A stretch of DNA of 20,000 bases from an uncultured virus (IMG/VR IMGVR_UViG_3300020046_005824) (IMGVR_UViG_3300020046_005824); one strand, 5' to 3'; positions 8,795-17,453 are shown, counted from the first letter of the stretch. Numbers and translations are program-made. Notes: a model not told the origin generated them from the sequence alone.

Positions 8795-9640
8795 TCACTC
8801 CTCAGTCTGCCAAGCGGTGACAGCGGCTGACATCGTGCTCGCCGCGCCGGCTGGCACGACCGGTACGGTGGGAGCCACTGCGGCCGTGACCGTAGCGGGG
8901 GTGACGCCAGAGGCGGCCGTGTCCTGCTTGAACACCTTGAGCTCGATCAGCTTGGCGACTTCATCGCGCTCCATCTGCTTGCGCACGATGGGGACGTTCT
9001 CGTCACCGATGTAGCCACTGCCGGCGCAGCTGAACAGCAGCTTCGGGACCGCGGAGTTCGTGTCGAAGCGCATCTTCGTCACGACCGAGGGCATGGGCAC
9101 CTTCTGGCTGGACAGGAAGGTCGCGTACGGGCGGAACGGGGCACCGCCGTTGACCGTGTCGCCGAAGATCGACATCGCCGGAAGCTGCACGCCGTAGACG
9201 TCGCCGCCCATGTCGTTGGCCAGCGCCACCGCGATGCGTTGCACGTACCGACAGGCTTTCCCCTTACCGTCGGTCGCGGAACCCTTCACGTTCTTCGGGC
9301 AGGTGTTGCAGGTGTCGCTTTGCTTGCGCGCGTCGGCGTCGGGGGCATTCCCGTCGGACGACCAGCAGGCGGGGGAGGCATCGACGCCTTCCTGATACGC
9401 ACCTTCATAGAACTGCCGGTGCACGTGCGGCGCAGCGCCAACAACCACGACGTCGAGAGAGCGCTCCTCGCGTACGGCGATCTCCTGCTTGCCAGACATC
9501 AGGCGGAACATGCCGCCCCGGATGCTGATGCGCTTGAGGTTGTCGCCAGCGACAGATTGCGTGAAATCCTTGCCGGCGAACGCATTCTGCGCCGTCGCGA
9601 GGGCCGTGGCATTGGAAGGAAGAACCAGATCATTTGACAT
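8795..9640 (-). CDS. Putative ssDNA-binding/annealing protein with four-Cys (Zn) motif, 281 aa
   Basis: RISIRGGMFR; CWSSDGNAPD..CNTCPKNVKGS..GKACRY; low-complexity Ala/Val/Pro tail ending WQTEE; located between helicase and primase; SD GGAG. SSB function is inferred. Confidence 0.6.
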   Translation of the reverse strand: MSNDLVLPSNATALATAQNAFAGKDFTQSVAGDNLKRISIRGGMFRLMSGKQEIAVREERSLDVVVVGAAPHVHRQFYEGAYQEGVDASPACWSSDGNAPDADARKQSDTCNTCPKNVKGSATDGKGKACRYVQRIAVALANDMGGDVYGVQLPAMSIFGDTVNGGAPFRPYATFLSSQKVPMPSVVTKMRFDTNSAVPKLLFSCAGSGYIGDENVPIVRKQMERDEVAKLIELKVFKQDTAASGVTPATVTAAVAPTVPVVPAGAASTMSAAVTAWQTEE

Positions 9641-9661
9641 GTAGAAACTCCATAGTCGCCG

Positions 9662-10066
9662 TTACGATGCCCGCACGATGGCCTTGGCCGTCTGCTCGAG
9701 CTGCAACCCGGACGGCGATTGCCCGGGGTGATCTTCAAGAAAGGTTTGCATGTTCGCTTGCGCAATGCGGCGCTCGAACAAGTGATACGCCTTGTGGAGG
9801 TCCACAAACTTGTGGAACGCTTCCCAGTCGGTCGTTGAATAGCGAGTCTTCTTCTGCAGAAGAACGGTGAACTTCCCAACGCCCGTCTCGACGCGGAAAG
9901 ATGAGAGGCTCGCGTCGAGGCAGTGATGGCGCAGTACCTCTTCATAGGCCGCCATTTTTTCGTCGAACGCGTTGTCTATGCGCTCCCACGCTTTCTTGGC
10001 GCTCTCACGCTCGTCGCGCAGTTGGATATACGCTGCGACAGTGTCGCTCATGTCGTTGGTGCTCAT
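9662..10066 (-). CDS. Conserved phage replication-module protein, coiled coil, loosely Gam/host-nuclease-inhibitor-like (134 aa)
   Basis: N-terminal coiled coil YIQLRDERESAKK followed by DWEAFHKFV..LFERRI..FLED.PG..P.GL. TGATG-coupled to the helicase. Confidence 0.5.
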   Translation of the reverse strand: MSTNDMSDTVAAYIQLRDERESAKKAWERIDNAFDEKMAAYEEVLRHHCLDASLSSFRVETGVGKFTVLLQKKTRYSTTDWEAFHKFVDLHKAYHLFERRIAQANMQTFLEDHPGQSPSGLQLEQTAKAIVRAS

Positions 10067-11622
10067 CAGTCCCTCGCGATTTCGCCGAACAGATCAACTA
10101 TCTTCTCGTGCACGGCGATGTTTTGCCTGAGAAGCTTGTACATCTTGGCCTCAGCGGGCGAAGACGACAAGTGAAAGATTGTGACTGGGTTCTTTTGTCC
10201 GATCCGGTGCGGCCTGTCGTTGGCCTGCTTATATAGTTCTACTGACGCCGGAGGTCCCCACCAGACCACTGTATCTGCGGCGGTGAGTGTAACACCGTGC
10301 GCGGCCGCCGCGGGCTGAATGACCAACCCCCGCAGTGGGGAATGCTCGATCTGGAAAGCATTGAACAGCGTGCTGCGCACGTTCATTGGCGTGTCCCCGG
10401 TGATCGTTGCGGTCTCAATGTGGAGCTCCCGCAGCATGCGGTGAAGCATGGCAATCGGTGCGCGGTAGTTGGCGAAGATGATGAACTTGCGCGTTGTCCC
10501 CGTCACGATGTCTACGAGGTCATTGAACCGGTCTTTGCACTCGACTTCGAGGACGCCGCCGTCGCTGGTCTTCACTGCACCCGAGCTGATCTGCAGAAGC
10601 TTGTTGAGCATGGCTCCGGCGTTCGCGGCCGTGAGTTTGTCCCCGCTACCGAGGGCTATAAGCGCTTCCTTGCGGAGCTGCTCATAGACCTTCTTCTGCT
10701 CCACGCCCATCTCCGTTGCACGGTCAACGTACATCTGTTCCGGGAGGTCGAGGCAGTCCTCTTTGCGGAAACGGATCGATGGCTTGAGTATCTCCGCCAC
10801 GCGCTGCGGGGCGTCGGGTTTCGCGCGCCACTTGAACTGTGTGATCTGGGTCATCACAGCGGCCTGCCACGTAGAGAAGTAGGCCGGGCACTGCGGGTTG
10901 TCCAACAGCTTCGCGAGCCCATAGGCATCTTCTGGCGACTGGCTCGCCGGGGTGCCGGTCATGAGGACAAGCCGCGTGTCTTTCGTGAGCAGCCGCCGCA
11001 GTACCTTCGAGCGGTCGCTGCGGAAGTTCTTGAACGCATTCGCTTCGTCCGCCACGATCATGTCGAACTTGCCTTTGAGATGGGACTCCATGAGCTTGAT
11101 GCCGTCGAAGTTCATGACGACAAACTCGCTCTCGGCGTCGATCGCCGCTATACGCTTGTCCTTTGTACCATGCGCAACCGTGATCCGCCGGTGTGGGGCG
11201 AAGTTGTTCATGTCTGCGCACCACGCTACACGCATCACACTGAGCGGGCACAAAATCAACACTCGCCGAACGGCGCCGCGCGATAGCAGGTAGTCGCACG
11301 CAGCGATGGCGCTCAACGTTTTTCCTGTTCCTTGCGCGGACCACACGCCGCAGCGGCGGTGTACCGAAATGAACTCCGCGGTGCGAATTTGGTGGGCGAA
11401 CGGCTGGACATGCCATTTGTGGGTATGTCGAAGAGGGGAAGGTGGATCGAAGCCCGCCAGCGCGAGTTTCTGGGCGTTCGCCAGTGTCCAGTGGACGCCG
11501 AGGCGCCCGTCCGGCAGTTGCGTCGTGTTGTCGAGGAGGGACTCGAGCTGGTCAGTCCACGTGGATACCGCGAGCGCGGCCGGCGTCAGAATTTCGATTC
11601 GGTGATCATGCGCGAGGGACAT
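10066..11622 (-). CDS. SNF2-family (SF2) DNA helicase/translocase, 518 aa
   Basis: PFAHQ, QGTGKT, ILCPLSV, VADEAN, LMTGTP, AHGVTLTAA and QANDRPHRIGQ motifs. Confidence 0.92.
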   Translation of the reverse strand: MSLAHDHRIEILTPAALAVSTWTDQLESLLDNTTQLPDGRLGVHWTLANAQKLALAGFDPPSPLRHTHKWHVQPFAHQIRTAEFISVHRRCGVWSAQGTGKTLSAIAACDYLLSRGAVRRVLILCPLSVMRVAWCADMNNFAPHRRITVAHGTKDKRIAAIDAESEFVVMNFDGIKLMESHLKGKFDMIVADEANAFKNFRSDRSKVLRRLLTKDTRLVLMTGTPASQSPEDAYGLAKLLDNPQCPAYFSTWQAAVMTQITQFKWRAKPDAPQRVAEILKPSIRFRKEDCLDLPEQMYVDRATEMGVEQKKVYEQLRKEALIALGSGDKLTAANAGAMLNKLLQISSGAVKTSDGGVLEVECKDRFNDLVDIVTGTTRKFIIFANYRAPIAMLHRMLRELHIETATITGDTPMNVRSTLFNAFQIEHSPLRGLVIQPAAAAHGVTLTAADTVVWWGPPASVELYKQANDRPHRIGQKNPVTIFHLSSSPAEAKMYKLLRQNIAVHEKIVDLFGEIARD

Positions 11623-11655
11623 TAGAAGCTGTAGAAATCTAGAAGACAGACCTCT

Positions 11656-11683
11656 ACTATAACAGCCCCCGAGGAAAAATCAA
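11656..11683 (-). promoter_or_regulatory. Putative sigma70 promoter driving the helicase-to-primase genes
   Basis: On the - strand: TTGATT (11683-11678), 16-nt spacer, TATAGT (11661-11656), with an extended -10 TG at 11664-11663. Lies in the largest intergenic gap of the replication module. Confidence 0.55.
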
Positions 11684-11904
11684 GGCTTTAGCGCGCGCTT
11701 CCGAAGTTTATTTTTTATCCCCGGCATGCTCGTCTTGGGCTGGCTGGTCAGGTGCCATTTGTGGCATATCATGCAATGGTATGGTGTGAGCCCAAGCCGC
11801 GCGCCGGCGTCGCGTGCGGCGGTCTTCTTTTCGTACGGGCGCTTGTCGAAGCACGCGCGCTGCAGATCGGGGAGTTTGAATCCCGTATTGATCTCATGCT
11901 TCAT
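11680..11904 (-). CDS. Small basic Zn-binding protein (C..YxCxxCxxWHLT), 74 aa
   Basis: CFDKRPY..A..YHCMICHKWHLTS, a motif seen in small phage proteins. ATGA overlap with the HNH gene. Confidence 0.65.
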   Translation of the reverse strand: MKHEINTGFKLPDLQRACFDKRPYEKKTAARDAGARLGLTPYHCMICHKWHLTSQPKTSMPGIKNKLRKRALKP

Positions 11905-12200
11905 CGTTTGGCGCGTTCTCGCTTGGACACCTCGCTCTTGACGCCGTGGTTTGAGTCGCGGGCGAACGATCGGTTCGCACTGGGCGACTGCAGCTTGAGG
12001 TTGCTCGGCGCGTTCGAGCCGCCTTTGGACAGAGCCTTCACATGGGCGATGTCTTTGCCCGTGCGGTCGACGCCCTTCTTGTCCAGCGCGTACCGCGCCC
12101 GGGCGCGCGCGAGGCGGTTCTCACGTTCGTCCTTTCCCCGGGCGAGCTGGGTTTGATAGTCCCGCTTGTAGTTACGATCTTTAGGGTCTTTGTACGGCAT
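11901..12200 (-). CDS. HNH-family (HNN variant) endonuclease-like protein, 99 aa
   Basis: RNYKRDY..RARAR..GKDIAHVKALSKGGSNAPSNLKLQSPSANRS; SD GGAG. Confidence 0.8.
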   Translation of the reverse strand: MPYKDPKDRNYKRDYQTQLARGKDERENRLARARARYALDKKGVDRTGKDIAHVKALSKGGSNAPSNLKLQSPSANRSFARDSNHGVKSEVSKRERAKR

Positions 12201-12369
12201 TCTGGGGCTCCATCGAAGTTTGGGGCGACGCTGGTACGGTGTAGCGCTTCTCCAATGTGGCGAGAAGATTTTCAGCCTCCCAGCGCGGGATGGCGAAGAC
12301 GATGTGCTCGGTTGGCGCTACGCGCAGCTCGGTCCGCAGGCGCTCGCAGAAAGACGGGATCGACATCAT
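12181..12369 (-). CDS. Hypothetical protein, 62 aa (MMSIPSFCERL...)
   Basis: Fills the gap between exonuclease and HNH. ATG at 12369 overlaps the exonuclease TGA (ATGA). Confidence 0.5.
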   Translation of the reverse strand: MMSIPSFCERLRTELRVAPTEHIVFAIPRWEAENLLATLEKRYTVPASPQTSMEPQNAVQRP

Positions 12370-13037
12370 TTCCGGTTCAGTTTCCACGAAGGGTGCTCGA
12401 CGCAGTGGCGCACCGGGCAAAACTTGCACAGCCCCGAGGGGTTCGTCGGCCAGCTGTTGAAATCCTTGGCCCGACGAATTTTATCGAGCTTGGCGATCCA
12501 TTTCAACCACAAATCCGCAGCCTGTGCGCGCGTAACTGTGTTCTGGTGGGTGACGTCTTCCTTGACGAAGAGGAGCATACCGGTGACGGTGTGGACCTCG
12601 GGGAAATGGCAGAAGGTGAGGAGAGCGTAGAGCTCGAGCTGCGACAGGTCCGCATAACGCGCTTTCCCTGTTTTGAAATCCGCCACCAGTGCGCGATCGC
12701 CGCTCACAAGAAGGAAATCCGCGAAGCCCTTGCACCATACATCGCTGGCGTCGGATGCGCAGGGTGAGTAGTCCATGCGGATGGACAGATCGTACTCACT
12801 GTGGTGGGCGCCAGAGAGTTTCGTCAGCGACGCCACGACCGGCGCAACGTAGCTGAACTCGGGCGGTATCGGAGCGCCGTCCTTGATGTGGGCTTCGATC
12901 GACTCATGCACCAACGTGCCGTAGGCCGCGGCCTCATGGGTTTCGCCGACTACGCTGCGGGCGATGCGCTCTTCGTAGTAGCGGCGTGCGCAGTTATCAA
13001 AGGACTTAAGGGCTGAGAAAGACCAGTGTTGTGACAT
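12366..13037 (-). CDS. PD-(D/E)xK exonuclease, Cas4/AddB/RecB-like, 223 aa
   Basis: Start MSQHWSFSALKSFDNC at 13037 (TGATG coupling with PolA). GTLVHESIE, GFADFL, ADFKTGK and QLELYA motifs; C-terminal CKFCPVRHC. Confidence 0.9.
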   Translation of the reverse strand: MSQHWSFSALKSFDNCARRYYEERIARSVVGETHEAAAYGTLVHESIEAHIKDGAPIPPEFSYVAPVVASLTKLSGAHHSEYDLSIRMDYSPCASDASDVWCKGFADFLLVSGDRALVADFKTGKARYADLSQLELYALLTFCHFPEVHTVTGMLLFVKEDVTHQNTVTRAQAADLWLKWIAKLDKIRRAKDFNSWPTNPSGLCKFCPVRHCVEHPSWKLNRK

Positions 13038-14971
13038 CAAGCGTCCCCGTAATTGGGTCCAAATCCGACTTCGCATGATACTGGAAGATCGGCGGCCCAA
13101 GAAGGGGGAGTTGACATGATTTTGCGGGTCTTGCGCGTGGTCTCGGCAGCGGCGACCTCGGGCACAACGGCGACGATTTCGTCGTGCGTCAGTGTCACGA
13201 TCGGGGCCAATCGCTCAACGCGAATCGCCTGATGCCCAACGATGTCGCGCGCAATCGCTTGCACGATATTCTCACACAGCAGGCCGGGGTGGACACGGAC
13301 AAGAAACTCTGTGCGCCCCTTGCGGCGCTTGTAGACGAACACCGTCCGCCCGGTGGTTTCGTCCTGCGTCGCGTGCAGCCCTTGGTAGTAGAGGTAGCGG
13401 CCGGATGGGAGGCGGATACGCTTTTCCTCATGGTCAGCGAACAGGCAGTTGTTGCGGCCGAACGAAAAACTCTGCCCCGTCGTGAGCCCTTCGAGAATGC
13501 GCCGGCAGATCGCCCATCCATTTGCGATCGCGGCGAAGCGCAGCCGATATGCTTGAATCACCAGCGCCGCCTCTTCGTCCGTGATGAACATGCCAGTATT
13601 CACGCGGACAACTTCTTGGAACCGCCGCGAACCGAGCATAAATCCTGCAGCAAGGACTGCTTCCTTTCCTACAGCTCGTTGCTGTTTGGTGATGTGCGCG
13701 GGTGGAACATGATACACCGAGTCAGCCGCAAACTCGCGGTACAGGTCGAACATCTTCTTGATGTTCTCAAGCTCTTCAGCTGTCGCGTCGCGCTCCCACG
13801 CTTTGGCCATGAGCTCGCGCTCGCGCCGCCACGTATCGAGAAGATCGTCTTGCTCCCACAACCATGCGTTGACGCGCAGCTCGATCTGCGACGAGTCACC
13901 AGACATGACCACGTACCCCGGCGGAGCGCGCATCGCGCGCTTGAGGACTGGCGCCCGCTTACGCGCAGACAGGTTCTGCATGTTGATCTTCATCGTGCCG
14001 CCCCATCTCGCCGTGTGGGCAGCGGAGTAGCGCAGCGGGACCGGAAGCACGCCACCAGTGAGGCCGTGCAGGTCGATCAATCGTTTGGTGCGCGTGTGCT
14101 CGATGGTGGACTTGATGCCCAAGCGCGCCGCGGCGAGGTCAGCTACATTGTCGTCCTCGGAGTCGACGAGCGCTTGAAACCCGGCGTCTGATTTTGCAAA
14201 AGCGAACGTAGGTTTGCCCGTACGCGCGCTGATCTTCATGGGCACTTCGGCGCCGACAGCCTCAAGCGCGATCGCGAACTTCGGGTTCGACTGCAGCTCC
14301 GACTCGCTCATGCCTACGCGGTCGAGGAGCGCCTGACGATCATCAGTGAGCCGCTCAAGGTAATCCTGAAGCATGGGCTTGTCGAGCTGCAGCAAGGGGC
14401 GCGCCAACATTCGCGTAGTGAGGTCCATGAGCCCCCACTCCATTGCCGGAACTTGGTCTTGCATGCGCAGAAACAGCGCGTACGTCAGGTCCACATCGTT
14501 GTCGCAGTATTGCCCGTATCGTGCCAGTTCTCCCGGCGAGAAGTCGGCGCGGCGCTTGCCGACGGCGTTCAGAACCTCCGTCCCCTTGGCGCCGATACCG
14601 AAGAAGCCCGACAGCTTGGCCAGCGAGCCTCCTGCGAGGTCGGCGTAGCCGAGGAGCCGAGCGATCTGCAGCGTGCAGACGAACTGCTTGGGGAGTACGC
14701 CCAGCCGCGAGAGGATCAGCGCGTCGAACTCGGAGCCGTTGTGCATGACGCATACAGCGTCTTGTACCCCGGCGCGTGTGAGGACGTCACGGTAGAAGTC
14801 GAACCCGACCCCGCTATGCCATTGGGAATCACCGCCGTTGCGCTTGATGCTGACGCCGATGATCTCGAACCGGGTGTCGTAGACGTATTCGATACCTGTC
14901 ATCTTGGACAGGGTGTATCCGCTCGCTGGGTCGTAGTACGTTTCGAAGTCGATAGTGAGAACGTCGGTCAT
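13037..14971 (-). CDS. polA: Phage family A DNA polymerase with 3'-5' exonuclease domain, 644 aa
   Basis: ExoI IDFETY, ExoII HNGSEFD, ExoIII YCDND; HTARWGG/NMQN; motif A GDSSQIELRV (~13871-13900); motif B RAVGKEAVLAAGFMLG (~13631-13678); ENIVQAIARD; motif C HDE (13178-13186). Confidence 0.93.
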   Translation of the reverse strand: MTDVLTIDFETYYDPASGYTLSKMTGIEYVYDTRFEIIGVSIKRNGGDSQWHSGVGFDFYRDVLTRAGVQDAVCVMHNGSEFDALILSRLGVLPKQFVCTLQIARLLGYADLAGGSLAKLSGFFGIGAKGTEVLNAVGKRRADFSPGELARYGQYCDNDVDLTYALFLRMQDQVPAMEWGLMDLTTRMLARPLLQLDKPMLQDYLERLTDDRQALLDRVGMSESELQSNPKFAIALEAVGAEVPMKISARTGKPTFAFAKSDAGFQALVDSEDDNVADLAAARLGIKSTIEHTRTKRLIDLHGLTGGVLPVPLRYSAAHTARWGGTMKINMQNLSARKRAPVLKRAMRAPPGYVVMSGDSSQIELRVNAWLWEQDDLLDTWRRERELMAKAWERDATAEELENIKKMFDLYREFAADSVYHVPPAHITKQQRAVGKEAVLAAGFMLGSRRFQEVVRVNTGMFITDEEAALVIQAYRLRFAAIANGWAICRRILEGLTTGQSFSFGRNNCLFADHEEKRIRLPSGRYLYYQGLHATQDETTGRTVFVYKRRKGRTEFLVRVHPGLLCENIVQAIARDIVGHQAIRVERLAPIVTLTHDEIVAVVPEVAAAETTRKTRKIMSTPPSWAADLPVSCEVGFGPNYGDA

Positions 14972-15210
14972 CTGTCAGGTTTCGGGCAGTGGGGTGGCGG
15001 AACAACGACGCACCAGACAGCGGCGAGAGGGCCGCGCTGGTGCCGTACCCAGCGATCAATGTACGCATCGGGCATGCCGGTGAGTGTACGCCGCAGCGAC
15101 CGGTGCTCGGCGCCGGCGATTCCTACGCGGGAAGCGATCTCGCTCGCGGTAAGTCCGTCCGGAAACCTCTGGAGCAACTCGCGAATTTTGGATTGGTTGG
15201 AAGGGCGCAC
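14968..15210 (-). CDS. Winged-HTH-like small protein, 80 aa
   Basis: ELLQRFPDGLTASEIASRVG..RRTLTGMPDAYIDRW..AVWCVV..P.HCPKP. GTG start coupled to the upstream TAG; ATGA overlap with PolA. Confidence 0.65.
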   Translation of the reverse strand: MRPSNQSKIRELLQRFPDGLTASEIASRVGIAGAEHRSLRRTLTGMPDAYIDRWVRHQRGPLAAVWCVVVPPPHCPKPDR

Positions 15211-15410
15211 TACTGTTTCTTTTGGGGTTTGCGTCGGCGCGCGGCCGTCGCTCGGCGGTTCACACGGACGGCTATGCCGATGGGTTTTTTGTTGCTGGAT
15301 ACGAGAACCATGTCGTGCACGAGCCCGCAGTCACAACAGGCGATGCGCGTGATCTCGCCGGATGGAATCGCCCAGCTGTCGCCGTCCGTCCGTTGAATAT
15401 ACCGCGTCAT
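15210..15410 (-). CDS. Small protein with CCDCGLVH motif, 66 aa
   Basis: Start MTRYIQ at 15410 (ATGA overlap, SD GGAGG). RIACCDCGLVH metal-binding motif and basic tail. Confidence 0.7.
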   Translation of the reverse strand: MTRYIQRTDGDSWAIPSGEITRIACCDCGLVHDMVLVSSNKKPIGIAVRVNRRATAARRRKPQKKQ

Positions 15411-15730
15411 GTCGCCTCCTGATTTGTGCCCAGCAGTTCTCGGCGGATGGCGCTGGCGCACTTCTCCAATGTGCCTGCGTGACTGAGATATTCCATGCGA
15501 AGTGTCGGCGTCAGTCTCGGGTCACCGGAATCCTCGACAATGCCCCTCTGAGCCGTTTCGCACATCACAGCCGCAGCCTCAGCCCCATCGCGGAAAGCGC
15601 GGCGGTAGATGGCTACTGCGTCGGCAGAATTGAAGAAGTCAGTCTTGACAATTGCACCCTCGTGGGTGAACTGATTCGGCTGGCGCACAGCTTCCCGGAT
15701 CAGCGCCAGAATCTCAGCGTCGGTTTTCAT
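15407..15730 (-). CDS. Hypothetical protein, 107 aa
   Basis: SD AAAGGA; EAAAVMCE..CASAIR pattern typical of small phage accessory proteins. Confidence 0.65.
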   Translation of the reverse strand: MKTDAEILALIREAVRQPNQFTHEGAIVKTDFFNSADAVAIYRRAFRDGAEAAAVMCETAQRGIVEDSGDPRLTPTLRMEYLSHAGTLEKCASAIRRELLGTNQEAT

Positions 15731-15770
15731 CGTGTGTCCTTTCTAGGGTCAATCCTTGGAACGCGGGCGT

Positions 15771-16142
15771 TCATTCTTTCTCAGCTATTTCGTAGTCGCA
15801 GCAGTGCGCTCTGGCAACGATGCCGCCGGTGTGTACGTGGTGACCTGCAAGGCTATGTGCGCTCGGGAGGCCAAGCGCAATCGCTTTCTGTTCGCATTTG
15901 GCGCACAGAATGGAGTCAACTGGCGGGGCTTCCATGAACGTGAATTTGTCCGTCCCTGTTGAGCCGTTACCACACAGAAAGTGGACCGCCATGTGAGGGT
16001 GTTTGTGTAGTCGATACACATCAACGCTGCTCGGTCGGTGGATAAGTAATGCCCGTTTGTTTTGAACAAAAGGTAGTGCAGACTGCCATTGCAAAAATGG
16101 CTTGTAGCCCTTTACATCGGTCTTGCTGAGAGCTAGCTTCAC
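15771..16142 (-). CDS. Hypothetical Cys/His-rich protein, ~123 aa
   Basis: Probable GTG start at 16142 (GTGA overlap, SD GGAGG). LIHRP..HFLCGN..CAKC motifs. Confidence 0.6.
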   Translation of the reverse strand: MKLALSKTDVKGYKPFLQWQSALPFVQNKRALLIHRPSSVDVYRLHKHPHMAVHFLCGNGSTGTDKFTFMEAPPVDSILCAKCEQKAIALGLPSAHSLAGHHVHTGGIVARAHCCDYEIAEKE

Positions 16143-16486
16143 ATCGCCCTCCCCACAGCAGCAGCCAGCTTGACGGAGGCGTAGCGTCGTGCGCGGCTCT
16201 TGTCGTTGGCGTGGTCGGTGTAGTCGCCTATTGCCCATTTGCGAACTTCCGTTTGGAAATTCTTTCCAATCATGGTTGTGCTCGCAACTAGGTGATCCCG
16301 ACCGCGCTCAATGTTGATCCCAACAACATCCTCCATGCGCGCACAGTCGCCGTCGTCTTCGGCTGGGTTCCAATACAGTTCGTTTGCCGTGTGCAGCCCG
16401 CCTCCAGCAACCCTTCTTCCTTGCGGATTGCCAGCCGCCTTAGCCGCCATTTCCAGGTCTTCGCGTGTGATTGGGTCAGTCGTCAT
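16139..16486 (-). CDS. Phage protein of the WNPxxDDGD type, 115 aa
   Basis: Start MTTDPITREDLEMAAKAAG at 16486 (SD GGAG). YWNPAEDDGDCARM and C-terminal RRYASVKLAAAVG resemble a recurrent proteobacterial phage family. Confidence 0.7.
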   Translation of the reverse strand: MTTDPITREDLEMAAKAAGNPQGRRVAGGGLHTANELYWNPAEDDGDCARMEDVVGINIERGRDHLVASTTMIGKNFQTEVRKWAIGDYTDHANDKSRARRYASVKLAAAVGRAM

Positions 16487-16727
16487 AGCGCACTCCGGTT
16501 GCTTCCATGTGGTCGAATTCGGAGTACCAAGCCTCATTGAATGAAAACCAATATCCGACGCTTTCCAGTTGAGTGGTCCACCACTTGATATCGACCACGG
16601 CAAATTTAGGTTTCGCGCCGCGTCGGTTGTATTTGTGCTTGCTCGCCACCAGCACAGCGAACACTCCCGGCACTCCAGCATCCCGCAGCTTTGTCGCCAG
16701 CGCGTCTTGTTGCTTGGTGAGGGTCAC
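16476..16727 (-). CDS. Hypothetical protein, 83 aa
   Basis: GTG start overlapping the upstream TGA, SD GGAGG; tiles the operon. Confidence 0.55.
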   Translation of the reverse strand: MTLTKQQDALATKLRDAGVPGVFAVLVASKHKYNRRGAKPKFAVVDIKWWTTQLESVGYWFSFNEAWYSEFDHMEATGVRYDD

Positions 16728-17065
16728 TTCACCACCTCCACAGCAGGAACACCGTTGGTTATGGTGTGCTTGACGATGTAGTCACCCTCGTCATCGGCAA
16801 ATTTGCGGGCTTCTTCCAGTGTTGATCTGTCAAGAATATGGCAACCATAGCAGTCGTGAACGTGATACACCACCGTCACCACTGGCGGCAGGGGGACGCG
16901 GAAATTAAGTTGGCAAACATCGACGACTTTCCAAGCCTCCGGCGTGATTACTCGCGACCATTGACAATCTTCCAGCCACTCCACCACCGGCCCGCCCTTG
17001 CTCTGAGCAAGCAGCGCAGCGAATGCTTCCTCGGGCGTGAACAGGTATTTGTATTGGTCAGTCAT
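16724..17065 (-). CDS. Hypothetical protein, 113 aa
   Basis: SD AAAGGAGA; tiles the operon with overlaps at both ends. Confidence 0.65.
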   Translation of the reverse strand: MTDQYKYLFTPEEAFAALLAQSKGGPVVEWLEDCQWSRVITPEAWKVVDVCQLNFRVPLPPVVTVVYHVHDCYGCHILDRSTLEEARKFADDEGDYIVKHTITNGVPAVEVVK

Positions 17066-17453
17066 GGTTCTTCTCCTTTAGCCTACGTGATGTTTCGGCA
17101 ATCAGATCTTCTGGAAAGTTGTACCAGTCAACCGCGTCCAAAACTTCGATGTTTTCATCATCAGTCAGCCCCACCCACTCCCGCTGTGCCAGTGCCATGC
17201 GCAGGGCGGTTTCGAGTTCGTCCTCGAACAGCGTCTGCGCGGTAGCATCACACCCCTCGCCATTGGCGTCTTGCAGTCCCGCCACGTAAGCAGCGTTTGA
17301 TACTTTCGCTACCAACTCCATCAACCCCGCCACATCCACCTTTGATGCTGCTAGCAGGATGGCTGCGACCTTCTCAAGATCGTCTTTGGTGAAGCGATAG
17401 CGGCCCTCGGAAACGTCTTCCAGCACGACAGCCAGTCTTTCAAGCTCGTTCAT
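17058..17453 (-). CDS. Hypothetical protein with C-terminal REWVGLTDDE module, 131 aa
   Basis: ATGA overlap. REWVGLTDDE..LKEKN is a recurrent C-terminal module of small proteobacterial phage proteins. Confidence 0.7.
   Translation of the reverse strand: MNELERLAVVLEDVSEGRYRFTKDDLEKVAAILLAASKVDVAGLMELVAKVSNAAYVAGLQDANGEGCDATAQTLFEDELETALRMALAQREWVGLTDDENIEVLDAVDWYNFPEDLIAETSRRLKEKNHD

Noticed and set aside
12366..13037. CRISPR-Cas system suggested by the Cas4-like nuclease
   Set aside because: No repeat-spacer array or other cas genes seen; the context is phage replication.
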